IMG/VR virus record: IMGVR_UViG_3300045988_159115 | From: a virus | Direction: 5' to 3' (one strand) | DNA length: 64,000 nt | Part shown: positions 33,200 to 42,589 of the stretch, in pieces | Numbering within the stretch: position 1 is the stretch's first letter | Layout: every line of letters begins with the position of its first letter | Notes under the pieces: generated by a model | What the model saw: the letters and a program-made list of their open reading frames with translations, nothing else | What the model was told of the DNA's origin: nothing | Database searches by the model: none | Translations under genes and position numbers: made by a program

Positions 33200-35482
33200 A
33201 TGTCTAAAAAGAAAAATGGGTTTGTAGATTTTGCAAACCAAGTTCGTCCGGTATTTATCAATCCGGATCCCTCTGTGAAAGAGGACATTCATTATCTGGG
33301 CTATACTCTGAAAGCCCAGCGTCGGTCTCGTGATGAGCAGGCTGCCTTGACGCTCGATGCGTTGATTGCTCTCGATGATATGGCAACCGAAATTGAAAAG
33401 AAGACCGGTAAGCCTGTTGACATGAACAAGGTTCGTGCAGAGGCTAAGAAAGAGAAATGCAAGAAAGGAGATACTGTCGTTGTCAAGGGTAAGCATGTTC
33501 CGACGAAGATTACGACAGAGGATCTCCTGAATCAGCTTCCTGTATGTTATCCGATTTTGAATGATTCTGAAGATGAGGAGGAAGAGTCTTCTGATGTGTC
33601 TGATAACGATCTGATTCTGAGTCAGATGACGGAAGAAGAGGAACCTGAGGAGAAGGACAACGGAAAGTTCGTTGGTGTCTTCAAGTATGCTCAGGCAAAT
33701 GACTCTGACGATTCTGATGAGGATGATGAGGATGACGACGAATCAGAAGAGGACGATGACGAAGAGGAAGAAGATTCTACCGATGAGTCTGACGAAGGTG
33801 ATGATTCTGAGGAAGAATCCGATGTCCATATCGACCCGGGTAAGTTCGGCGAGCCGGATGATGCTGATGATGAGGACTTCGAGAAATGGATGAAGAGTCT
33901 TTCGTCCAATCTGGGCTTTGAGTATAATCCGGAGGATTCTTTCTTGAAGAAAGGTAACAACGGAGTCCCTGAGTCTTTGGAATTGACTCCTCCTGTTCCG
34001 AAAGTCGATGATGATGAGGATGACGAAGAGAGTGAACCTCCGAAGAAGGTTGATTTGGAAGAGGCATCTAAGCACGATGATTATCTGAAGAAGATTCTCG
34101 ATGCTGCTCGGAATGATTCTGGATTTGGTCAGAATGATGTTGTCAAGCAGGAGAAGCCGAAAGAGCCTGAGACAATTCCTCCGGAGGTTTTGGAACAGGC
34201 GAAGGCAAAGGAACCTGTGCCTCTTGTGTTTGAAGAGATCAAAGCTCCGATGCCCCATGACGTTCAGTTTGTGTCTCACGATATTAAGTATACGATTCCG
34301 ATCGAGAGTCAGTTCAATTCTCTCCATATCTTCTTCAAAGACAATCCGGTTTCTCAGCAGCTGTTTGATAATGTCGTCAAGATTGGTGATGGTGTCAATG
34401 CTCTGTGCATCAATCTGGATTATCTCAAGGTGAATCCGAATGCGAACACGATCGTTGGGCACAAGGATACCATCGAAGCATTCGATTGGTTCATGAATTC
34501 CGCAATTCATTTCCGTCCGAGTTTCGTTATGTCTCGTGATGAGTTCGCAGCATCCATGGCAACGATTACTGAGTTCAATGATACTCAGTATAAGTTCTTC
34601 CCGGTTGGTACGAATTATGTTGCGGGATATTATGCGGACAATGAGAGCTTTGACAACTTTGCCATTGCTTTCAATTATCTTGCAGAGCACGGTATCTGTG
34701 AGACGTTCTTCAAGAAGTATCTTGAGACGGTTATGGCAGAGTCCAGTTTCAGCTTTACGAATGCAACGATGCCTCAGGTTGCAGCGATTTGCAAGTCTGA
34801 AGACAATGCTCGGGCAATGAAGGCATTCTTCCATAAGTTCTATTTGGATCCGGATACTGAGATGACTGCTGGGAATACTCCTGCGAACAAAGACATCTCT
34901 GAGTATCTCGTTGATACCAAGTGGAACGATCCTGAGTTCATTGGTTCCATCTTCCAGTTGATCATGGATGCCAATGAGCCTGAGGATGATGATCCGATCG
35001 AAGGCGTTGACGAAGAAACCGATGCAGAAGCAGCACGTTTGAATGCAATCTATGATGAGCAGAAAAAGCGTGTTGAGTCTGGAGAAGGGATTGATCCGTC
35101 CGTTGCGATGGCCACTGGAATGCCTCTGACTCCGGATATGATTGCAACCGATGAAGAGATTGCAGAAGCGACTGGAGTCTCTGATGCGTCTGAAAAGAAG
35201 CGTGAACTTCTGACGGATGTTGCTGAAATTCTCGCGCCTATTAATGATCCGGCAAAGCTTGATCAGATCATTGCGCGTTATAAGCAGATTGGTGATCCGA
35301 ATTACAAAAAGGAAGAACCGAAGCAGGATTCGTCTGACGATGATGACGAAGACGATGATGCTTTCGATGAGGATGACTTCTTCCCGGATCGTCGGAAGGA
35401 AGAGAAGCGTGCAGCAACCATTATGCGTACTCCTCAGAAAGACGACGATGAGGACGAGAACTTCGTCATTACTCGTCGTTGA
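33200..35482 (+). CDS. hyper-acidic large protein (760 aa)
   Basis: AAAGGAG lies 11 nt upstream of ATG 33200. Poly-D/E/S tracts include DSDDSDEDDEDDDESEEDDDEEEEDSTDESDEGDDSEEESD, DDDEDDEESE, DSSDDDDEDDDAFDEDDFF and DDDEDEN. These flank a non-repetitive core of about 300 aa. Confidence 0.75.
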   Translation: MSKKKNGFVDFANQVRPVFINPDPSVKEDIHYLGYTLKAQRRSRDEQAALTLDALIALDDMATEIEKKTGKPVDMNKVRAEAKKEKCKKGDTVVVKGKHVPTKITTEDLLNQLPVCYPILNDSEDEEEESSDVSDNDLILSQMTEEEEPEEKDNGKFVGVFKYAQANDSDDSDEDDEDDDESEEDDDEEEEDSTDESDEGDDSEEESDVHIDPGKFGEPDDADDEDFEKWMKSLSSNLGFEYNPEDSFLKKGNNGVPESLELTPPVPKVDDDEDDEESEPPKKVDLEEASKHDDYLKKILDAARNDSGFGQNDVVKQEKPKEPETIPPEVLEQAKAKEPVPLVFEEIKAPMPHDVQFVSHDIKYTIPIESQFNSLHIFFKDNPVSQQLFDNVVKIGDGVNALCINLDYLKVNPNANTIVGHKDTIEAFDWFMNSAIHFRPSFVMSRDEFAASMATITEFNDTQYKFFPVGTNYVAGYYADNESFDNFAIAFNYLAEHGICETFFKKYLETVMAESSFSFTNATMPQVAAICKSEDNARAMKAFFHKFYLDPDTEMTAGNTPANKDISEYLVDTKWNDPEFIGSIFQLIMDANEPEDDDPIEGVDEETDAEAARLNAIYDEQKKRVESGEGIDPSVAMATGMPLTPDMIATDEEIAEATGVSDASEKKRELLTDVAEILAPINDPAKLDQIIARYKQIGDPNYKKEEPKQDSSDDDDEDDDAFDEDDFFPDRRKEEKRAATIMRTPQKDDDEDENFVITRR
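33701..33825 (+). repeat. acidic low-complexity coding tract
   Basis: There are GAT/GAA/GAC/GAG runs with interspersed TCT/AGT codons. Confidence 0.85.
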
Positions 35483-35504
35483 TTCCCAGAAAGGATGAGA
35501 AACG

Positions 35505-36191
35505 TTGATATACTTTATGAGTGGTAAAACGCTCATCACAAAGTATGTCGTAGAAGAAAAAGCCGAGGATATCTTTGAGACCAATTTCGTGTTGGCATCT
35601 CAAAGAGTCCGTCGTGGGACGATCGCGAATAATAGTAAGTTTAAAGAGCAAATCATAGACGGGTCTATTGGATTCTATCCGGACATGGAAATGATTCTGG
35701 ATTATAAAGACTATAAAGATCCTGAATATGAAAGGAAGTATAAGGAGTCTCTTCATAGAATGCTTCCGACACTTGCTCTTATGATCAAGGCACATTATGA
35801 ATCTGATCTTACGATTGTATTTGTATGCGCCGAGTGCGAGAAGAAGTATCGGCATCTCAAGCTCATTCGTGATTTCGTGAGAGAAGAATTCCTCGGATTT
35901 GAAATCTACGACTATAAGAAGACTGGGCACATGAAAGGAGGTGGTGCTCTTACTCAAAACGACATTGACATCCTGATTCTCTGCGATGATGTAATTAAGG
36001 GTGCCAAGGAAGAGGACAAGATGCGTAGTATGATGACGCGTCGAGGACGTAAAATGTACGTGCAAAGTTGTACCACGAAGCAGTTGAAGAATGAATTGAA
36101 AGCCAGAGATGAGTATTATTCTGATATGAATCACGCAGAAATGGCTAGTAAACTTCTTGAACTGCTTGAGGCACAATACAACAGAAGATAA
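35505..36191 (+). CDS. hypothetical protein (228 aa), TTG start (alternative ATG 35517)
   Basis: AAAGGA lies 9 nt upstream of the start. No motif recognised. Confidence 0.6.
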   Translation: MIYFMSGKTLITKYVVEEKAEDIFETNFVLASQRVRRGTIANNSKFKEQIIDGSIGFYPDMEMILDYKDYKDPEYERKYKESLHRMLPTLALMIKAHYESDLTIVFVCAECEKKYRHLKLIRDFVREEFLGFEIYDYKKTGHMKGGGALTQNDIDILILCDDVIKGAKEEDKMRSMMTRRGRKMYVQSCTTKQLKNELKARDEYYSDMNHAEMASKLLELLEAQYNRR

Positions 36192-36201
36192 TTTCCCTAG
36201 T

Positions 36202-36245
36202 GAGACAGTTCGGTGGGCGAAAGCCCACTGGCTGTCTCTTTTTTG
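36202..36245 (+). terminator. intrinsic terminator
   Basis: Stem gagacagttcggtgggc/gcccactggctgtctc followed by TTTTTTT. Confidence 0.85.
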
Positions 36246-36296
36246 TCTTCTCATAGTGAAATCGACAGGAAATTAATCGAAAAGGAGGTTGTGAAA

Positions 36297-37100
36297 ATGG
36301 CAGAAGAATATAGTAAGCTATACCTCAAAGATAATTACCTCAATAAAGGAATTTCCATTTTAACTGGAAAGACGATTATTGAGTATGACTTAAAATCAGC
36401 AAATACTAGCCTGTGCTCTGAATACCATCTTTTACCACAGGATCAGATTGAAAAAATATCGGCTCTACCAAGAAGTAAACGAGTGGTGAAGATTGGTAAG
36501 CTGTGTAGAAAAAATAAAGAGTTTAATGAAGGATTAAAGAAAGCATTCGTTGACATTCGTAGAAGATTCTTTGAAGCAAATAATATCCAAGATGAAGATA
36601 TTCTTGCGATCAAGAAAGATGCAATCTTTTGCCTTCGGAAATGCAAGGTAAATGAATTTGGCCCATGCCTATTCAGACCGAAAAATGTCTATAGCTCTTA
36701 TCTCTATTTACCACCACTGGAGCTCTACTACAAAGGCTCATATTTGCCTAGCAAAGAACTACTTGCCGTGAAGGGAATCTCTGATGAGACTCTACATCTT
36801 CACGAAGATTACATGCTCACATTTTTCAAACAACTTTTCAGACATATTGAGGAAGGAAAACAACACAACATTTTTCGATATCTTTCAGATTTTACGACAG
36901 CGTATAAGCTGAAACAGCTAGAACCTGGGTACTATCGAGAATTCAACCAGAATAGTCTAATGATTGATGAAGGTGGAGAAGTCACGTACGATGATGAGAC
37001 TTTCATACCATATGAAGGATCGGAGAAATCAGCTCATCTAAATATCGACTATAACTTCTCTAAGGTGATAATTCCTCTCCTCAATATTCTGATATACTGA
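36297..37100 (+). CDS. hypothetical protein (267 aa)
   Basis: The start is moved to ATG 36297, preceded by AAAGGAGG. The track start at 36213 lies inside the terminator hairpin. Confidence 0.7.
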   Translation: MAEEYSKLYLKDNYLNKGISILTGKTIIEYDLKSANTSLCSEYHLLPQDQIEKISALPRSKRVVKIGKLCRKNKEFNEGLKKAFVDIRRRFFEANNIQDEDILAIKKDAIFCLRKCKVNEFGPCLFRPKNVYSSYLYLPPLELYYKGSYLPSKELLAVKGISDETLHLHEDYMLTFFKQLFRHIEEGKQHNIFRYLSDFTTAYKLKQLEPGYYREFNQNSLMIDEGGEVTYDDETFIPYEGSEKSAHLNIDYNFSKVIIPLLNILIY

Positions 37101-37113
37101 GGAGAGGATTGAT

Positions 37114-37530
37114 TTGCTCGAAGTTATTTACAACGAAATGTATGGGGTATGCCAACCGGATGGATTGATTCCTGATTGGATCAGCAATTACTTTTATAAG
37201 AATCACGACGATATCATGTCGGATGGGTTCTGCTGTAAGCTTTATGTCTCACAGTATCAGTTCATTGATGATCTGATTATCTTCCTTAAACTGACAGACT
37301 ATTACACTCCGCATGTGAAATTCTTCTATCATGAGAGGGAATGCTTCAAGGTAAAACAGAAATGGAATACGATTGATTTCCATCCCTATAAATTCCGAGA
37401 AGAACTTGAAAAGGCTAAGTATCGGTACGATATGATGCCGAATAAAATCTCCACGTCTCCTGCTCAGATTGAGAAGAAGTACGTGGAGGAAACTGGCCAT
37501 TACCAGTACGAATTTACTTTGAGTTCTTGA
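37114..37530 (+). CDS. hypothetical protein (138 aa), TTG start
   Basis: GGAGAGGA lies 5 nt upstream of the start. Confidence 0.6.
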   Translation: MLEVIYNEMYGVCQPDGLIPDWISNYFYKNHDDIMSDGFCCKLYVSQYQFIDDLIIFLKLTDYYTPHVKFFYHERECFKVKQKWNTIDFHPYKFREELEKAKYRYDMMPNKISTSPAQIEKKYVEETGHYQYEFTLSS

Positions 37531-37543
37531 CATGTATGATGGA

Positions 37544-38023
37544 TTATGCTTGCTCTTTCTGAGTCAGCTGATCCATCATATTTTTGTCCACATATGTGAG
37601 GACAGCAACGAAAGTTCTCTTTGTGATGCAACGCATCAGATATTCTTTCGTCATGACAAGATTCTTATCACTGAAGATTTCAGGCTTGATTGAATTAAAT
37701 ACTGCCTTAGAAATTTCTTCAATGTCTTTATCAATATCCATATTTTTTCCTTTTTTATCGAGGAAAATTTCATAGCGTTTATTATTCACAAGCTCGAGAG
37801 TTACTGTATCATCTATGAGAGTCAGTAACTCTCGAGTACATTTGATTCTTTGATCAATTTCCAAAGTAGGAGTGGAATCCTGAATCCGATTGATAAGATT
37901 CTGAGTTTCTGTAAGAACCTTATTGATTTTATAATTATATAGGACATAGACAATGCGTGATGCGACAGCTGCACCGATAATAAATGCAACTATCACAATC
38001 GCAATTACGAGAGATGTAGACAT
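37544..38023 (-). CDS. N-terminally membrane-anchored hypothetical protein (159 aa)
   Basis: SD is AAAGGAG. The TM segment is LVIAIVIVAFIIGAAVASRIVYVLY. Confidence 0.7.
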   Translation of the reverse strand: MSTSLVIAIVIVAFIIGAAVASRIVYVLYNYKINKVLTETQNLINRIQDSTPTLEIDQRIKCTRELLTLIDDTVTLELVNNKRYEIFLDKKGKNMDIDKDIEEISKAVFNSIKPEIFSDKNLVMTKEYLMRCITKRTFVAVLTYVDKNMMDQLTQKEQA

Positions 38024-38024
38024 A

Positions 38025-38699
38025 TTAGTCTCCTTTCTTAGCGGCTAGTTTAACTACCGTGTCGTTTAGCTGGAGAATGCCAAAGTCGTTACTATCATAC
38101 ATCATAGAACGGTCGATGTACTTATTGAGTTTTTCTTTGAGGCGATCACTCATTGCAATACCATATTTCTCAATGAATGCATTTAGATCACCCCATGCCT
38201 GATTGTAGTTGATGAAGATATTTCTGTTATGAACTTCCTCATGAACTGTAGCAAGAAGCATCACAACCTGAATATGGTTTAACTGATGCTCATTCATTAC
38301 TTCATCAGCAATTCTAAAGGTGCTGATCTTTTTATTATTGAGGATGAACCATTCTGTCATAATCTCACAATAATCAAAGAGTGTGAAGATTGGACCATGG
38401 TGCATCTCAATTTCAATCTTTCCCTCTACATCAGGCTCTACATCAGGAAGAACTTGGCAATGATCCAGACCAATGACATTCTTTAAGTAGTAAATGTATT
38501 TTGAGTAACGATCATTCGTTCTCACCATACGTTCACAGCCTTTGATGAAATTCGTATAGGAATCAATATTTGAGAAGTATTCAACTCCTTTATACAGAGG
38601 AATCTGATACATACTTTCGCCAGCATTGACGAACGGAATTACTTTTCCGGATTCATTTTTTTCTTGGTTATATTCGATACCAGGGAGATTTCTTGGCAT
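38025..38699 (-). CDS. His-Me-finger/HNH-like protein (224 aa), paralog of 28529-29194
   Basis: Motifs present are FIKGCERMVRTN..Y..Y..YLK...GLDHC, KIEIEMHHGPIFTLFD, FRIADEVMNEH and N.IQVVMLLATVHEEVH. Confidence 0.45.
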   Translation of the reverse strand: MPRNLPGIEYNQEKNESGKVIPFVNAGESMYQIPLYKGVEYFSNIDSYTNFIKGCERMVRTNDRYSKYIYYLKNVIGLDHCQVLPDVEPDVEGKIEIEMHHGPIFTLFDYCEIMTEWFILNNKKISTFRIADEVMNEHQLNHIQVVMLLATVHEEVHNRNIFINYNQAWGDLNAFIEKYGIAMSDRLKEKLNKYIDRSMMYDSNDFGILQLNDTVVKLAAKKGD

Positions 38700-38735
38700 A
38701 GTAGTTTCTCCTCTCTATTAAAAATCGTTAATAGC

Positions 38736-38755
38736 ATGTTTTTAGGGCATATTCT
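38736..38755 (-). promoter_or_regulatory. TAAAAACA upstream motif (copy M3)
   Basis: Gene orientation is GAATATGCCCTAAAAACATG, 38-45 nt upstream of ATG 38699. The plus-strand 16-mer tgtttttagggcatat is identical to M4. Confidence 0.5.
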
Positions 38756-38786
38756 TATTGGCCCTAGAATTCTCTAGTGAAGACAT

Positions 38787-38795
38787 TGGTATAAT
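38787..38795 (+). promoter_or_regulatory. host-type extended -10 promoter element TGGTATAAT
   Basis: This is a perfect TGnTATAAT, 40 nt upstream of ATG 38835. Confidence 0.45.
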
Positions 38796-38834
38796 CTCTG
38801 AGAATGAAATAATAATGGAGGTGAGTGTGATACA

Positions 38835-41800
38835 ATGGCTGATATTAATATGGTAAGTCAGCTTTCAAAAGACTTTATGACCATCGTACAAGATTCTGTC
38901 ATCAAGTATAAAGTCTTAGCTGACGAATCAGAGACTTTGGAAAGTATGCGGAACGGCGATCTCTACGTAAGAGCAATGCGCAAAGAAGATACTTTTGAAG
39001 GTTACGAAAATTTCACTGAAGAAGAAATTCTCGAAGTTTATGATGCTGCGGGAATTACGATCACACGAGGGGAACTGCTTGATTATGTCTATAATAATCG
39101 GGAGATTCCTGTCATTTATAAATACAAAAATGCTGATGGTACGATCGGTTTCCAGCATGATGTAAGAAAAGATCTCGTCGAGAATCGACGCAAGAAGATT
39201 ATCTCTACCTATGTGGAAGAGAATAACTACTATCGCATGCTGATCGGTCTTCCTGATCGAGATGAAGATCCGGATGAGTATTTTTACGTACCTGCTGACA
39301 TCGCAGAAGAATATAATCTTCCCAGCGATGTCGCTATTCATGAACTGGATATTGGTCAAGTATCAGTGCTTCAAGCAATTGGATACATTGATAAACTGAT
39401 TGCTGAGAATCCTACTAAGAAATATTTGAATTATCTTGGTAGTAAAGCAGTCGACCTTGTGACAGCAAGAAGTGCAAAGGCTTTTGATATTATCCGAGTT
39501 CCGAATATTTCTTCTGCTACGATGTGGAATAGTTTCTCTTTGATCTATTCTCAGTGCAGAGAATATTTTATGGTGACGATTTATGTCCCCGAGCATCGCC
39601 AGACGATTGGGTATTATGACAATTTCATTGCTCTGTGCATCATGGTGATGACTCTTCAGCAGTTCGTTGCTCGTATTTTGAAGTTCACGATTGAGCGTGA
39701 TTTCTTTGATGAGTATTGTGTGAGATGCCTGTTTAATTGCTATGGCGTTCCGTATGATAGTGCATTGGATAATGATACGAAGCTTCAAATCGTTCAGAAT
39801 CTGAATCTTCTCGTTCAGAATAAGGGTACAACGAAAGTTCTTGTAGACATCGCATCCATCCTTGGATTCGATCGTCTTAAGATCTATAAATACTGCCTGG
39901 TTAAAGATCGGCTGTTTGACGAAAATGGATTGCCTATTGTGGCAACGAAGAAAGATCCTGCTACAGGAAGAGAAGTTCCTGATTATGAGACGATGTATGA
40001 CGTTTATTTCAAGAAGATTGATGTGAGCGCTCATGACTACTATCATGCTCTTCAGAAAGAAGCTATTTCTGAATCGTATAGTAGCGTTACTTCTCCTGAT
40101 CCGTACTGGATTGATGACGATGAGTTAAAGAAATCATTGTATGAGATTGAGTATAACTATGCTGAGACAAAGTACATGGGTGTCTCAATTTCGTATCGAA
40201 TGACTCGACTTTTCTTTGATAACGTCTATGCTCTGAAGATGCTTCTGGATAATCGTTTTAAGGAATACACGATTTTCCTTGATCTTCCGAAAATTCTTAC
40301 CTATCAGAGCATTAGCATCTTCGATGCGATCGTTACTCTTTGTGCTCTTACATGTAAGATGAATAATCTTCGTGGTAACATCTTGTATACCCCTTCTAAG
40401 ATTCTTCATGTGATGGGATTCAACTTCCGTGAGAATTTTGATAAGATTCGTGAGAAGGTTATTCTTGGTTATGAGTATAAAGAGAATCCTAAGGAAGAAG
40501 AGAAGGAAGCGTATGAGAAGAAGCTGAAGTCCAGTCCGTATTATGACAGACTGAATGATGAGCTTGCTAAGTACTTTGAGCGTCCTGAGATGGATGGTCC
40601 GTATACGGCAGAGAATCTGAATATGATGTATTCGGATATTCTTACGATGTACGATTTCCTTCTGAATAAAATGGCTCATGCGGAAACGATTGAAGAATAT
40701 CGTCTGTATAAAGATTTCTATTATGCAGCATATTATGCTGAAGAAACGCAGGATATTTTTGCAATCGGTGACTCGAAGCCGTTTACCGATTGGGATACCA
40801 TCACTCAGAATGATGGATTCACAAAAGGATGGATTCTTGCTCACGTTGATACTACAAAAGATGCAGAGCATTGTCTTGTCCATGATAAGACTACGATTAC
40901 GACATGCAATTATCTGAGCAATCTGTTTAAAGATATCCAGGAAGGCTCTTATGTGGAGTTCCACCCGGCATCTAGCACATGGTCTCAGGTATATGAGTTC
41001 GATGCCAACGATACCTATATCAGAAGTTATAATCCTGCTTATGATTACGATAGCGGAAAGAGCTTTATTAAGTTCCTTCCAATTCGTGGTCATAAATATT
41101 ATATCAGTATGCGCCCATCTGATGCTGCCATTTCAACACGAGACAATCGAGTCATTTTCGATGATGAACTTGCTGGTATGGTAAATGGATGTCGTCTGGA
41201 GTTTGCTCCTAGATATGCATCAACGTTTATGGATTATCTGATGTACCGGAATCCGGCACTTTGGGCATTCGTCGAAAGTACTGACAAAGATCAGGTTCCT
41301 CAGTATGCAAATCATATCATCAATCGTCTTTTGAAGCTGATTCCTTCTTTGAGAACTCTGGGTTCGTCTATTGGATATTCCTCTACGATGGAGGATGTTC
41401 TTCTGAGATTCATCCGGTTCTTCAAATCCTATACAACAGACCTTCTGAATATGGAAGTTATCTATGTCTTGGATATGAAGCCAGAGAGTTTGCTCCGTCT
41501 AATGGATTATGGACGATATATCGTTACATTGTATCCGAAAGATGACCAGTTATTTGGCTATACAGACATGCTGGAAGCTTCTATTACGGAGCATATGGAT
41601 ACGAAGTTGACATTCAGAGATAATGTGAACGTGTCTTCCATTTTGTATCTTTTCTCTGATCTTCGGTTCATTGATGACATCCATCATATCCAAGTAGATA
41701 TCCGAAAGAAAGATGATCTCAAGATCAATGATAGGAATCAGTTTGAACTGATCACAGATTATATCTGGCTTCAGTCGATTCTTCATATTCATGATTGGTT

Positions 41801-42524
41801 CCGGTATGAAGTTATCTATAAGATGTATGAGAACCGAATTCCTTTCCGAGATGAAATTCTCAGGACTTTTATAGATCTCGTAGCAAACGACACTCAATTT
41901 GGCTTCTATGATATGCTCTTCGATTATTCCAAGTTTATTCATCCAGATACTTACATGAAGTTTAAGGATGGATTGGATTATCAGACGTATTACCCGATGC
42001 AGACTGGATATACGCTTAGAGATAGATCTGATGTCGTGTCAAAGACTGATGAACTCAACGATAAGACCTTCCGTCTCTACGTAGAGAAATTCTTTAAGAA
42101 AGAGATTGAAGTCTTTGATAAAGACGGATTCAGGTTCACTGATGACACAGATAAATTTGCTATTCTTTTACAGGATAAAACTTATCTGCGCTATCGTGAT
42201 GCAATTCGCATTGAAGTTCTTATGAGACTCTTTGATAGAAAGACCTTCACTGATCAGATGAATCATATGCAAGTTGTAATTGATCGACTGATGAGTAAGT
42301 ATCATTTCACGGATGCTCATAAAAGCACTCATGGTGATTATTTGACTCCGGATGGATACCATTTCTCTGATGAAGTTTCCTATATATCGAAAGAGTATCT
42401 CGCAAAGCACGGTGCAGCATCTCATATGGGATTCTATGACTTTATCATGGCTCCCGAGATAAATGAATCGGTAAATACAAAACTTGGATTTAAAGACGAA
42501 TGCAGAATCTTCTATGAAGAATAA
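38835..42524 (+). CDS. large hypothetical protein (1229 aa), possibly virion/baseplate-associated
   Basis: SD is GGAGGTGAG. It is the longest complete ORF in the window. No enzymatic motif recognised, and a structural role is inferred from size only. Confidence 0.7.
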   Translation: MADINMVSQLSKDFMTIVQDSVIKYKVLADESETLESMRNGDLYVRAMRKEDTFEGYENFTEEEILEVYDAAGITITRGELLDYVYNNREIPVIYKYKNADGTIGFQHDVRKDLVENRRKKIISTYVEENNYYRMLIGLPDRDEDPDEYFYVPADIAEEYNLPSDVAIHELDIGQVSVLQAIGYIDKLIAENPTKKYLNYLGSKAVDLVTARSAKAFDIIRVPNISSATMWNSFSLIYSQCREYFMVTIYVPEHRQTIGYYDNFIALCIMVMTLQQFVARILKFTIERDFFDEYCVRCLFNCYGVPYDSALDNDTKLQIVQNLNLLVQNKGTTKVLVDIASILGFDRLKIYKYCLVKDRLFDENGLPIVATKKDPATGREVPDYETMYDVYFKKIDVSAHDYYHALQKEAISESYSSVTSPDPYWIDDDELKKSLYEIEYNYAETKYMGVSISYRMTRLFFDNVYALKMLLDNRFKEYTIFLDLPKILTYQSISIFDAIVTLCALTCKMNNLRGNILYTPSKILHVMGFNFRENFDKIREKVILGYEYKENPKEEEKEAYEKKLKSSPYYDRLNDELAKYFERPEMDGPYTAENLNMMYSDILTMYDFLLNKMAHAETIEEYRLYKDFYYAAYYAEETQDIFAIGDSKPFTDWDTITQNDGFTKGWILAHVDTTKDAEHCLVHDKTTITTCNYLSNLFKDIQEGSYVEFHPASSTWSQVYEFDANDTYIRSYNPAYDYDSGKSFIKFLPIRGHKYYISMRPSDAAISTRDNRVIFDDELAGMVNGCRLEFAPRYASTFMDYLMYRNPALWAFVESTDKDQVPQYANHIINRLLKLIPSLRTLGSSIGYSSTMEDVLLRFIRFFKSYTTDLLNMEVIYVLDMKPESLLRLMDYGRYIVTLYPKDDQLFGYTDMLEASITEHMDTKLTFRDNVNVSSILYLFSDLRFIDDIHHIQVDIRKKDDLKINDRNQFELITDYIWLQSILHIHDWFRYEVIYKMYENRIPFRDEILRTFIDLVANDTQFGFYDMLFDYSKFIHPDTYMKFKDGLDYQTYYPMQTGYTLRDRSDVVSKTDELNDKTFRLYVEKFFKKEIEVFDKDGFRFTDDTDKFAILLQDKTYLRYRDAIRIEVLMRLFDRKTFTDQMNHMQVVIDRLMSKYHFTDAHKSTHGDYLTPDGYHFSDEVSYISKEYLAKHGAASHMGFYDFIMAPEINESVNTKLGFKDECRIFYEE

Positions 42525-42589
42525 GGTCTGAAAACATTAGTGTAACCTGATTTTTTGAGAACCTGCATTACTCAATATACTAAGAAAGG

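Noticed and set aside
33743-35584. A 613-aa antisense ORF. Similar ORFs occur at 44914-46467 (517 aa), 47737-49230 (497 aa), 30797-32032, 29536-30642, 43748-44836, 49718-50710, 62692-63654, 56086-56952, 58881-59867, 32131-32931 and 24094-24816.
   Set aside because: These are shadow ORFs opposite genes with clear motifs or strong SD and terminator signals. They have no SD and I/L/R/S-rich low-complexity products, and they are explained by sense-strand avoidance of TTA, CTA and TCA codons.
36297-37100. YDLKSANTSL resembles DNA polymerase motif A (DxxSLYPS), suggesting a split polymerase palm.
   Set aside because: I found no convincing motif B (K...NS.YG) or motif C (DTDS/HDE) downstream. The protein is too short and the resemblance is too weak.
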